Assembly (NCBI GenBank): GCA_900552235.1
Contig: URYZ01000002.1
Span: 1-55,842 of the forward strand
From: an uncultured Mycoplasmatota bacterium
GTDB lineage: Bacteria; Bacillota_I; Bacilli_A; RF39; UBA660
Length of the DNA: 55,842 nucleotides
Direction of reading: 5' to 3'
Below are positions 1 through 7,029 of the stretch, piece after piece. Made by a program: the position numbers and the translations under genes. Within the stretch, counting starts at the first letter, position 1. Every line of letters starts with the position of its first letter. Under the pieces are notes generated by a model, which worked only from the letters and a program-made list of their open reading frames with translations, was not told the DNA's origin and searched no databases.

Positions 1-46
1 ATAGTAATACAAAACTTATCCCCATGATTATATTTTGTTTTTTCAT
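1..46 (-). CDS. 5' end of an unidentified gene running off the left edge (MKKQNIIMGISFVLL...)
   Basis: A minus-strand ATG at 44-46 lies downstream of a GAAAGGAAG Shine-Dalgarno and the promoter at 89-117. Only 15 codons are inside the window. The hydrophobic start suggests a signal or TM segment. Confidence 0.35.
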   Translation of the reverse strand, partial: MKKQNIIMGISFVLL

Positions 47-88
47 ATGTTTTTTTTACTTCCTTTCTATTTTTAACTTTATAAGCTT

Positions 89-117
89 ATTATACAATAT
101 ACCCCTCCCCAAGTCAA
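89..117 (-). promoter_or_regulatory. sigma-A-type promoter TTGACT - 17 nt - TATAAT with GGGGAGGGG in the spacer
   Basis: Read on the minus strand, the -35 TTGACT is at 117-112, the spacer is TGGGGAGGGGTATATTG, and the -10 TATAAT is at 94-89. The cassette and the first ~16 nt of its 5' UTR (AAGCTTATAAAGTTAA) are homologous to the promoter at 12572-12599. Confidence 0.5.
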
Positions 118-198
118 TGTTTTTGTTAACATTTTTTAACAGAGTTATTGCAAACTTTTTATTTAACTGCTCGTTTTTTCCTTTTGGTGCATTTACTT

Positions 199-226
199 TT
201 GGATATATTCGGGGGGGAAATATAAA
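199..226 (+). promoter_or_regulatory. promoter-like element TTGGAT - 16 nt - TATAAA with a G7 run (211-217) in the spacer
   Basis: The hexamers and spacing were read directly from the sequence. The -35 is weak (TTGGAT), and no clear gene follows before the hairpin at 226-274. Confidence 0.25.
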
Positions 227-274
227 AATAAATCAATGATTAGTTTTCTAACTTGTCTTGTCATTGATTTATTT
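226..274. other. 14-bp inverted repeat (AAATAAATCAATGA / TCATTGATTTATTT) with a 21-nt loop and T-rich flanks
   Basis: The arms at 226-239 and 261-274 are perfectly complementary. It could be an orphan bidirectional terminator or a remnant linked to the adjacent IS fragment. Confidence 0.3.
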
Positions 275-386
275 TTTATTTCTTTTATAATTGTCTTTTC
301 AAATAAAGTTATTCTTTATTTGTTATTTTTTCTTTAAAATATTATAATATACTCTTGTATCTTAGCTTGTGAAAGGAATATATTTT

Positions 387-746
387 ATGAAAAATGCTAA
401 GAAAAACAAACATCTTTCTTTTGAAGATAGATGTGTCATTGAAGAATTTTTAAACCATGGGTATAATTTTTCTCAAATCGCTAATCGTATTTCTAAATAC
501 AGAACTACTATTGCTAGAGATGTTAGAAATCATCGCTATTTAAGAGTTACCAATTCTTGTAATAATCAACCTTGTTGTTTTGAAGATAAACCTCCTTATG
601 TTTGCAATGGTTGTTCTAAATTTACTAGTTGTAAAAAAATTAGATATTCTTATTCTCACGATATTGCTTATAATGAATATAAACAAAATCTCATACTAAA
701 ATTAACACATAAAAATGATCTATTACGATCATTTTATTTTAATTAA
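387..746 (+). pseudogene. IS30-family transposase, N-terminal remnant (HTH plus Cys-rich region only)
   Basis: The ATG at 387 follows a GAAAGGAA SD. LSFEDRCVIEEFLNHGYNFSQIANRISKYRTTIARDVRNHRY is the typical IS30-type N-terminal HTH, and it is followed by PYVCNGCSKFTSCKK...AYNEYKQNL. Recognisable similarity stops near 692, and no DDE catalytic domain follows. The frame ends in a TTAA overlap with the convergent gene. Confidence 0.6.
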
Positions 747-1288
747 CTATTTTCAAGTGTTATTTGGGCATCTTTAATAACTATACTAGGATAACTTGCA
801 TCAGTTAAAGTTATATTTCTTTCTGGTGCATTTGGATTTTCTATTTCAACTGTTATATTTTGTTCATTCATTATAACTGATTTAACACTATCATCAAAAG
901 TATGAGCACCATCACTAGATATTTGTTTATAATATATTACTGGACTATCTGTTTCATAATAAGGTACATTTTCAAATAAAGCATTTCCATCTTGATTAGT
1001 TGTTGCTTCTTTTCCTTGTGTTGTTCCTGTTTCATCTGTAATAATAAATTTAGCTCCAACTACTTGAATACCTGATACTTTTTCTCCTGTATCTGTAACA
1101 TGAAGTGTTAAAGTTCCATTTCCACTTACTGTAAAAGTATAATTATTAGTACCTTCCACTATTGATATTTCTTTAGGATTTAATGTTGATGCATCATATC
1201 CATTTGCTACTACTGTAGCCCTATAATTTCCATTAACAAGTTCTATACTTCCCTTTCCATTAGTTATTGGGATTGTGTGTCTTGCCAT
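743..1288 (-). CDS. hypothetical beta-sandwich protein (prealbumin / carboxypeptidase-regulatory-like repeats), no signal peptide
   Basis: This 181-aa ORF has an AAAGGGGAA SD. The segment VVGAKFIITDETGTTQGKEATTNQDGNALFENVPY...IYYKQISSDGAHTFD has the pattern of Cna-B/CarboxypepD_reg-like domains. It is the last gene of the 3472->743 operon. Confidence 0.6.
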   Translation of the reverse strand: MARHTIPITNGKGSIELVNGNYRATVVANGYDASTLNPKEISIVEGTNNYTFTVSGNGTLTLHVTDTGEKVSGIQVVGAKFIITDETGTTQGKEATTNQDGNALFENVPYYETDSPVIYYKQISSDGAHTFDDSVKSVIMNEQNITVEIENPNAPERNITLTDASYPSIVIKDAQITLENS

Positions 1289-1602
1289 AATAATATTTCC
1301 CCTTTCTTTATTTTTATATTTTTATAATTTTTATCTATTAAAAGAATAGTAACATAATGTTTATTACTTTTTTGTTTGTTAATATTTATACAATATAATT
1401 CATTTTTTCTAGCTATTAATGGTACTTGTTTTGTATTTAATCCATTACAAACATATAAATGATATAAATTATTATTACATATTGGTACTTTTATATTTCC
1501 ATAGTTATCTGTTATACCTGTAAAAACAATTTTATTACATAAATCTTTTAAAACTATTTCACTTTTTCTATTTAATTTAATATAAATATAATCATTTTTC
1601 AT
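1264..1602 (-). CDS. hypothetical small protein (possible CarboxypepD_reg-like fold)
   Basis: This 112-aa ORF has a GAGGTGA SD. It contains IVFTGITDNYGNIKVP. It overlaps the downstream gene by 25 nt. Confidence 0.5.
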   Translation of the reverse strand: MKNDYIYIKLNRKSEIVLKDLCNKIVFTGITDNYGNIKVPICNNNLYHLYVCNGLNTKQVPLIARKNELYCININKQKSNKHYVTILLIDKNYKNIKIKKGEILLWQDTQSQ

Positions 1603-1613
1603 AAATCACCTCA

Positions 1614-2903
1614 CTAATATTCAATACTCCATATAACCGATGTTTTATAATCTTCATTTAAAAATAAATCTTTACTAGGAAAAAGCAATAAACCTTTATC
1701 TGTAGAAAAAGTTATATTACTTAATTCTACATTACTTCCAACATTTTCTTCTTCATAAACTAACTTTTTAATTGTTGATAGTTTAATAATTTCATTATTA
1801 AATTTTTTAAAAGCTAAAGAATCAATTAATACTTTACCCATTTGTTCTATCATAGGATTATTAAAACTTAAATATAATTTCCATTTAGTAGCATTAATAC
1901 TACCATCTACTATTGTTATGGTAGTACTATTTTGTTTAGGTAAAATAATTGGTGTTGTTGATATTTTATTAGTGCTAAATGGAATATTTCCAGTTACTTT
2001 CAAAAGTGTTATTTCACCATTAAAAGGTGTTGTTATTTTTCTTTCACTAAAACAACCATTAAAATAAGTTGTTACCTTAACAATTTTATTATCTTCAATG
2101 GGACTATCTAAATTTATCTCAAATAAACCATTTTCATCAGAACTAGCAGTTAATATTTGATTATCGTATTCAATCTTAACATCTGCAAAAGAAATTGTGT
2201 GTCCTGAAAAAGTATTACTAGTATTATTAACTGGATGAATATTAGTTTTAATTCCACCTATTGTTAATATTTTCCTATCTTGAAAAGAAAAATTAGTTAT
2301 ATCCGGTAATTTATTTAATTCTTCTTTAGTTAAATTATGAGAAGTTACTGTTGTTATATCTTTAGTAAATGTTCCTTTTAAAGAAGTAAAATAATTATCT
2401 TTATACCAATATAAAGCTGGTTCATTATCGATTTTATAAGCATCAGTATAATTTAAAGCACTTATCCACATATTAATTCTATTAAATTTCAATGAAAATG
2501 AAACAGGATTATTAGTATATATTACATTAGCATTTTTTGTATATATATTTACATATTTAGGATTATCTAATATAAAATTTTGATTAGTTCCTTTAAAATA
2601 TATATTATAATTATCCGTTGGTGTTGTCATAAAAGTATTAATTATTTCTAAACTTGCATTTTCTTTAACAATAAAATCTCCAAATACACTCCACATAGGA
2701 ACTCTTTGATGATTATTTTCAATAAAAGTAAATTTTGCTTCTTCTTCAATTAATACATTTCTAGCACCATGAGTTGTTGTAATAGAAAAGCCATTACCTG
2801 TTGTTAATAAAAATTCTGCTCCATGTCCTACGATTAAATCTAATCTATTTGTACCATTCATAAGTTCTTCATTTGTTGTTATAGTTACTTTACTATTTGG
2901 CAT
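1614..2903 (-). CDS. C-terminal part of a beta-helix/beta-sandwich structural protein (probably one gene with 2909-3472, split by a frameshift)
   Basis: This 429-aa ORF has no SD in front of its ATG. Its frame stays open upstream to about 2953 (ACDFLNDVIPSTLKI-MPNSK). The sequence is Asn/Thr-rich and repetitive, typical of a beta-structure protein. Confidence 0.6.
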   Translation of the reverse strand: MPNSKVTITTNEELMNGTNRLDLIVGHGAEFLLTTGNGFSITTTHGARNVLIEEEAKFTFIENNHQRVPMWSVFGDFIVKENASLEIINTFMTTPTDNYNIYFKGTNQNFILDNPKYVNIYTKNANVIYTNNPVSFSLKFNRINMWISALNYTDAYKIDNEPALYWYKDNYFTSLKGTFTKDITTVTSHNLTKEELNKLPDITNFSFQDRKILTIGGIKTNIHPVNNTSNTFSGHTISFADVKIEYDNQILTASSDENGLFEINLDSPIEDNKIVKVTTYFNGCFSERKITTPFNGEITLLKVTGNIPFSTNKISTTPIILPKQNSTTITIVDGSINATKWKLYLSFNNPMIEQMGKVLIDSLAFKKFNNEIIKLSTIKKLVYEEENVGSNVELSNITFSTDKGLLLFPSKDLFLNEDYKTSVIWSIEY

Positions 2904-2908
2904 TATTT

Positions 2909-3472
2909 TTAATGTTGATGGGATAACATCATTAAGAAAATCACAGGCCTATCTACCGCACTACTATTAATTGAAGTAATACCTCCAATTAATACTTTAT
3001 TTGAATCACAAGCTTTTTGAGCTAAAACATTATTAGTATCTTTGACTTCTATAACAGAATCAATAATTTTTGTTGTCCCATAATAATTTTGTGAAAGTTC
3101 AATACCAGTAAAGTTAACATTATTATATTCTACTACAACATTTGAATAATTAGGATGCGAAGGTACATAAATAACTCCATAACCACTTGATGAAATTATA
3201 TTCATATTTTTTAATATAATTTCTTTATTTTTTGTACTTGCTTTTATAACATTTTCTTCTAAACTTTCAAGATTATTTGTATAAGTAGATTTAACATTAT
3301 TATAGGTCCCATCTATAATAATCTTTGATTTATTAGGGTTTATAATAAAACCACTTGTAAGAGTTATATCATTTTCCAAATAAATATAGTCATAATTATT
3401 ATCTTCACTTACTACTTGATTTAATTCATCACCTGTTGTTACAACTACCGTATTATTATTTATTACCTTAAT
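2909..3472 (-). CDS. N-terminal part of the same beta-helix protein (right-handed beta-helix-like repeats)
   Basis: The track starts this ORF at a TTG (3379) that has no SD. The frame is in fact open up to 3496, and a strong SD (AGGAAGGTGA, 3486-3477) sits 4 nt before an in-frame ATT at 3472-3470. Segments such as NVKSTYTNN...ILKNMNIISSSGYGVIYVPSH...VEYNNVNFTG resemble pectate-lyase-type beta-helix rungs. Confidence 0.5.
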   Translation of the reverse strand: MKVINNNTVVVTTGDELNQVVSEDNNYDYIYLENDITLTSGFIINPNKSKIIIDGTYNNVKSTYTNNLESLEENVIKASTKNKEIILKNMNIISSSGYGVIYVPSHPNYSNVVVEYNNVNFTGIELSQNYYGTTKIIDSVIEVKDTNNVLAQKACDSNKVLIGGITSINSSAVDRPVIFLMMLSHQH

Positions 3473-3491
3473 ATTATCACCTTCCTTTGTA

Positions 3492-3505
3492 ATAATTTAT
3501 GATAA
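3492..3505 (-). promoter_or_regulatory. TTATCATAAATTAT motif (sigma-K-like -10, CATAnnnTA) upstream of the beta-helix operon
   Basis: The 14-mer is identical to the one at 4237-4250. It lies about 10 nt upstream of the SD of the operon. There is no clear AC -35 element here. Confidence 0.3.
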
Positions 3506-3532
3506 AAATAAAAAACGAAATAATTAATTCAT

Positions 3533-3558
3533 ACAAAAAGAATAGGTTTTCTATTCTT
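3533..3558 (-). terminator. rho-independent terminator of the collagen-like gene
   Basis: On the minus strand the stem is AAGAATAG / CTATTCTT (3558-3551 with 3545-3538), followed by TTTTTG. The stem overlaps the stop codon. Confidence 0.6.
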
Positions 3559-4210
3559 AATGTATTTTTACTAAATTTAACATTGCATTGGTACTTCCAT
3601 TAAATTTTATATTAACATTTTTAGATGACTTAGCATTTAAAGTTACAATATCATTTTCTTGTAATGAACAAATAGTTGACCCACTTATATTGTTAATAAA
3701 TTGAGCATTAAATTCACTAGTGGCATTTGTGGCTGGTACTAGTATATCATTTGCTCTAATAGACATAGTAATAGAACACTCTTCATCTGTTGCTCCACAT
3801 AGTAAATATGAAACTAAATATACTCCCGTTTCTTTAATTTTAATAGAATTATTATCTGGATATTCAGTAAAGAAAGCTACTCCTTTTTCAGGAAGTGGGA
3901 TTACTGTATCCACGCCTTGGACTAAATTTACTTGCGTATCAGTCATTGAATATCTAATTCCATAAGAAGATACAAAGTCTTTTCCTGCTTGACCTGGCTC
4001 TCCTTTTTCTCCCTTTTCTCCTTTTGGTATTTTAAAATCTAAAACAACATCAACTGGTGTTCCAACATTAATAACTTGTGCTTCTTCGCTTGAATTTATT
4101 GTTTCAACACTTCCAATTTGAATAGTTGATGGACCAGGTTCTCCCTTATCTCCTTTTTCACCTTTTGGGCCTTTAATACAGCAATATCTTATATTATTAC
4201 AATTATTCAT
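3557..4210 (-). CDS. BclA-like collagen-repeat protein with a C1q/TNF-like C-terminal domain (exosporium- or tail-fibre-type)
   Basis: There are two short G-X-Y blocks (GPKGEKGDKGEPGPS and GEKGEKGEPGQAG). The ~130-aa C-terminal region (ETGVYLVSYLL...ANDILVP...LQENDIVTLNA...NAMLNLVKI) matches the BclA C-terminal jelly-roll pattern. There is no signal peptide, and the SD is AGAAAGGAA. Confidence 0.8.
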   Translation of the reverse strand: MNNCNNIRYCCIKGPKGEKGDKGEPGPSTIQIGSVETINSSEEAQVINVGTPVDVVLDFKIPKGEKGEKGEPGQAGKDFVSSYGIRYSMTDTQVNLVQGVDTVIPLPEKGVAFFTEYPDNNSIKIKETGVYLVSYLLCGATDEECSITMSIRANDILVPATNATSEFNAQFINNISGSTICSLQENDIVTLNAKSSKNVNIKFNGSTNAMLNLVKIH

Positions 4211-4236
4211 AAAATTAATTCCTTTCTTTGTTTGTT

Positions 4237-4264
4237 ATAATTTATGATAATAATTTTATTTTGT
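4237..4264 (-). promoter_or_regulatory. candidate sigma-K-type promoter (AC - 16 nt - CATAAATTA)
   Basis: On the minus strand, AC is at 4264-4263 and CATAAATTA is at 4246-4238, about 30 nt upstream of the ATG of the collagen-like gene. This matches the sigma-K consensus (AC-16/17-CATAnnnTA) known from Bacillus and Clostridium. Confidence 0.35.
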
Positions 4265-4289
4265 ATAATTAATATATAAGAAAAAGAAC

Positions 4290-4658
4290 TTAAAATAAAT
4301 TCTTATCGATTCTATCAAAAGTTCTTTTTGGATTATCCATTAACATATCATATAACTTTTTATGATTTCTTAGTTCTTTAATTATATTTATTTCTTCAGT
4401 AGCTAACATTAAACCATACTTTTCGTCGTCTTCGCTTACAACATAAGTATCATTACCTATTAAATATTCAAGTGGTGTATTTAGTACTTTAGAAAGTTGA
4501 ATTAAATTTTTTGAACTTGGTTTTTTTAATCCTTTCTCCCAATTACAAACGCTAACCTTTGAAACATTAAGTTCTTTCCCCAATGATTCTTGAGTTAAAC
4601 CTGCCTCAATTCTTTTTTCTTTTATTCTCTTTGACAAAAACATACTACCTTTCATCAC
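4290..4658 (-). CDS. XRE-family helix-turn-helix transcriptional regulator
   Basis: RIKEKRIEAGLTQESLGKELNVSKVSVCNWEKGLKKPSSKNLIQLSKVL is a canonical HTH_3/XRE motif. The exact start codon among GTG/ATG/ATG is uncertain. Confidence 0.8.
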   Translation of the reverse strand: MMKGSMFLSKRIKEKRIEAGLTQESLGKELNVSKVSVCNWEKGLKKPSSKNLIQLSKVLNTPLEYLIGNDTYVVSEDDEKYGLMLATEEINIIKELRNHKKLYDMLMDNPKRTFDRIDKNLF

Positions 4659-4736
4659 CTTTTTCTTTTATTTTCTTAATTATAAAAAATTAATAAGTAA
4701 ATTTTGTTATAATTAACCTAAAGTTATATGGTACTT

Positions 4737-4762
4737 ATAAAAAAATTAGGATAAATCCTAAT
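4737..4762 (-). terminator. rho-independent terminator after the lipoprotein gene
   Basis: The stem ATTAGGAT / ATCCTAAT (4762-4755 with 4752-4745) is followed by a T7 run on the minus strand. Confidence 0.6.
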
Positions 4763-5307
4763 TAATATGCATATAAGCCATGTATTTTTTGTCTTGTTTC
4801 TTCGTTAATATCATCAATTGTCCATACATTATCTACTTTAGTTAAGTTAAATTCGATAGTATATTTTACTTTATCTTTTGCCTCTTTTAATTTAGATATT
4901 CTGTAATCAATGTATTTAGTTTGTGATACATTACCTGTTTCATCTTTAAATTCATCTGGTGAAGTCGTATAGTATTTATCAGCTTCATTTGTTATTTTAT
5001 AAAGATCATACACTTCAATTTCTACAGTTACTTTAGCTTTATCACCATCTACTGTTTCATCCTTTACTGTATAAACTAAGTTTTGGTATTGCCTTTTTAA
5101 AATATTTCTATAATCTTCTTTTTGTGTAGCAGTCATAATTGTGTCTGCTTCAACAATTGTATCAAGTTGAGTTAATACTGTTTCATTAAGATTACGGTAA
5201 TTATCTAAATATCTTTCAACTTTTTTAGTTGGCGTATTTGATAAGGTACAACCTATAAGTAAAATGCTTGTTAAAAAAACTGAAAAGCCCAATATTAATT
5301 TTTTCAT
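4762..5307 (-). CDS. putative lipoprotein, function unknown
   Basis: I take the ATG at 5307-5305, preceded by a GGGAGG SD, as the start. MKKLILGFSVFLTSILLIGC is a lipobox-type signal peptide. Confidence 0.75.
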   Translation of the reverse strand: MKKLILGFSVFLTSILLIGCTLSNTPTKKVERYLDNYRNLNETVLTQLDTIVEADTIMTATQKEDYRNILKRQYQNLVYTVKDETVDGDKAKVTVEIEVYDLYKITNEADKYYTTSPDEFKDETGNVSQTKYIDYRISKLKEAKDKVKYTIEFNLTKVDNVWTIDDINEETRQKIHGLYAY

Positions 5308-5364
5308 ATAAAAATTCCTCCCAGTAATAATTTGGGAAGAATTATTTTTTTTATACATTAATTT

Positions 5365-6735
5365 TTAAAATTCACAATTTCCTGGAGTTCTTGGATATGG
5401 AATAACATCTCTTATATTTTCTACACCAGTTAAATAGATTAATAATCTTTCAAAACCCATACCAAATCCTGAATGAATACAAGTGCCATATCTTCTTAAA
5501 TTTAAATACCATTCTAATTCTTTTGTATTCATATTTAATTCTTTCATACGATTAAGTAGTTTTTCATAGTTTTCTTCTCTTTGTGATCCGCCCATTAATT
5601 CTCCTGCTCCTGGAACTTCAAGATCTACTGCTGCAACTGTCTTACCATCTTCATTTTGTTTCATATAAAATGCTTTAATATCTTTAGGCCAGTTTGTAAT
5701 AAATACTGGACCATTAAAGTATTCTGTTATATATTTTTCATGTTCTTTAGCAATATCTTCTCCATATTCTGGAGTAAATTCAAAATCAACTTTACTATTT
5801 TTTAAAATTGTTATTACTTCTTCATGAGTAATTCTTGTAAATTTACTATTAACAAGTTTTGTTAATTTCTCTTTTAATGTTTTATCAACAAATTTATTTA
5901 AAAATTCTATTTCATCACTACATTTTTCTAAAACTGTTTTTACAATATATTTAAGCATATCTTCCATAATATCCATATTTTGTTCTAAATCACAAAATGC
6001 TATTTCAGGTTCAATCATCCAAAATTCATTAGCATGCGTTTTTGTATTAGAGTTTTCTGCTCTAAAAGTTGGACCAAAAGTATAAACTTTTTTAAATGCA
6101 GACATCCATGTTTCAGCTTGAAGTTGTCCTGACACAGTTAAAGATGTAGGTTTTCCAAAGAAATCCTTAGAATAATCAACTTTTCCATCTTTTATTTTTT
6201 CTAAATCAAGAGTAGTTACTTTAAACATTTCTCCTGCACCTTCACAGTCGCTTGCAGTTATTAAAGGAGCATTAAAATATACATAATTTCTATCTTGAAA
6301 ATAACTATGTATAGAAGAAGCAGCAACACTTCTAATTCTAAAAACTGCTTGAAAAATATTAGTTCTTGGTCTAAGATATGCTTGTTCTCTTAAAAATTCC
6401 ATTGTATGTCTTTTTGGTTGCATGGGATAATCTTCATCACAATCTCCAAGTAATACAACATCTTTTGCTTTTACTTCGATATCTTGTTCTTTTCCTTCTG
6501 ATTTTACTAGTATTCCTTTTACTTTAATTGCACTACCTATATGATATTTTTGTATATCTAAAAAATTATCATTAGTATTATCATATACAACTTGTAAATG
6601 TTTAAAACATGTTCCATCAGCAAAATCAATAAAACCAAATTCTTTTTGTTTTCTATGATTTCTAATCCATCCAGATACTTCAATTTCTTTTCCTATTAAA
6701 CTTTCTTTTTTTTCATAAATTTCTTTAATATCCAT
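5365..6735 (-). CDS. asnS: asparagine--tRNA ligase
   Basis: This is a full-length class IIb aaRS. It has an N-terminal OB fold, FRAENSNT, GELMGGSQRE and GFGMGFERL motifs, and an Asn-specific T-box leader upstream. Confidence 0.95.
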   Translation of the reverse strand: MDIKEIYEKKESLIGKEIEVSGWIRNHRKQKEFGFIDFADGTCFKHLQVVYDNTNDNFLDIQKYHIGSAIKVKGILVKSEGKEQDIEVKAKDVVLLGDCDEDYPMQPKRHTMEFLREQAYLRPRTNIFQAVFRIRSVAASSIHSYFQDRNYVYFNAPLITASDCEGAGEMFKVTTLDLEKIKDGKVDYSKDFFGKPTSLTVSGQLQAETWMSAFKKVYTFGPTFRAENSNTKTHANEFWMIEPEIAFCDLEQNMDIMEDMLKYIVKTVLEKCSDEIEFLNKFVDKTLKEKLTKLVNSKFTRITHEEVITILKNSKVDFEFTPEYGEDIAKEHEKYITEYFNGPVFITNWPKDIKAFYMKQNEDGKTVAAVDLEVPGAGELMGGSQREENYEKLLNRMKELNMNTKELEWYLNLRRYGTCIHSGFGMGFERLLIYLTGVENIRDVIPYPRTPGNCEF

Positions 6736-6749
6736 AAAAATACCTCCAT

Positions 6750-6978
6750 TTTTTTAAACAAAAAAGGTCATACCAAAGGACGAAACATTTCGTGGTACCA
6801 CCTTATTTTAACTCTTATAATATAACGGTTTTAACCGGCCTATTCTACTTTTAATAAATAATTTCTTTAGGCAACAATAGAAACTGTTTTTCATTTAAAA
6901 TTTAATATTAGTTTACACCAAACACTAACTCTCTTGAAAATAAATATTTAAATTACTCGATTTCTAAACATTTTTATA
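6750..6978 (-). promoter_or_regulatory. T-box riboswitch leader, specifier AAC (Asn)
   Basis: On the minus strand I read the AGAGAG bulge, the distal-loop GGTGTAAAC, the specifier context GAA-A-AAC-A (AAC at 6888-6886), and the T-box sequence AAGGTGGTACCACG. A terminator hairpin plus T-run lies just before the asnS SD. Confidence 0.85.
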
Positions 6979-6983
6979 CCATG

Positions 6984-7012
6984 ATTTTAATATGTTTTAT
7001 TTCTTTTGTCAA
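6984..7012 (-). promoter_or_regulatory. sigma-A promoter TTGACA - 17 nt - TAAAAT for the asnS leader
   Basis: The -35 is at 7012-7007 and the -10 at 6989-6984 on the minus strand. Confidence 0.6.
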
Positions 7013-7029
7013 CTTTTTTAAATAAAATT

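Noticed and set aside
24-239. A 71-aa plus-strand ORF at the left edge.
   Set aside because: It is a Phe/Ile-rich nonsense-like sequence. The region is better explained as the promoter and 5' UTR of the minus-strand gene, plus divergent regulatory DNA.
743-4658. An intact prophage carrying the collagen-like and beta-helix genes.
   Set aside because: No integrase, terminase, portal, capsid, tape-measure, holin or lysin genes are present. Only structural-fibre-like genes, an XRE regulator and an IS stump are there, so at most this is a remnant.
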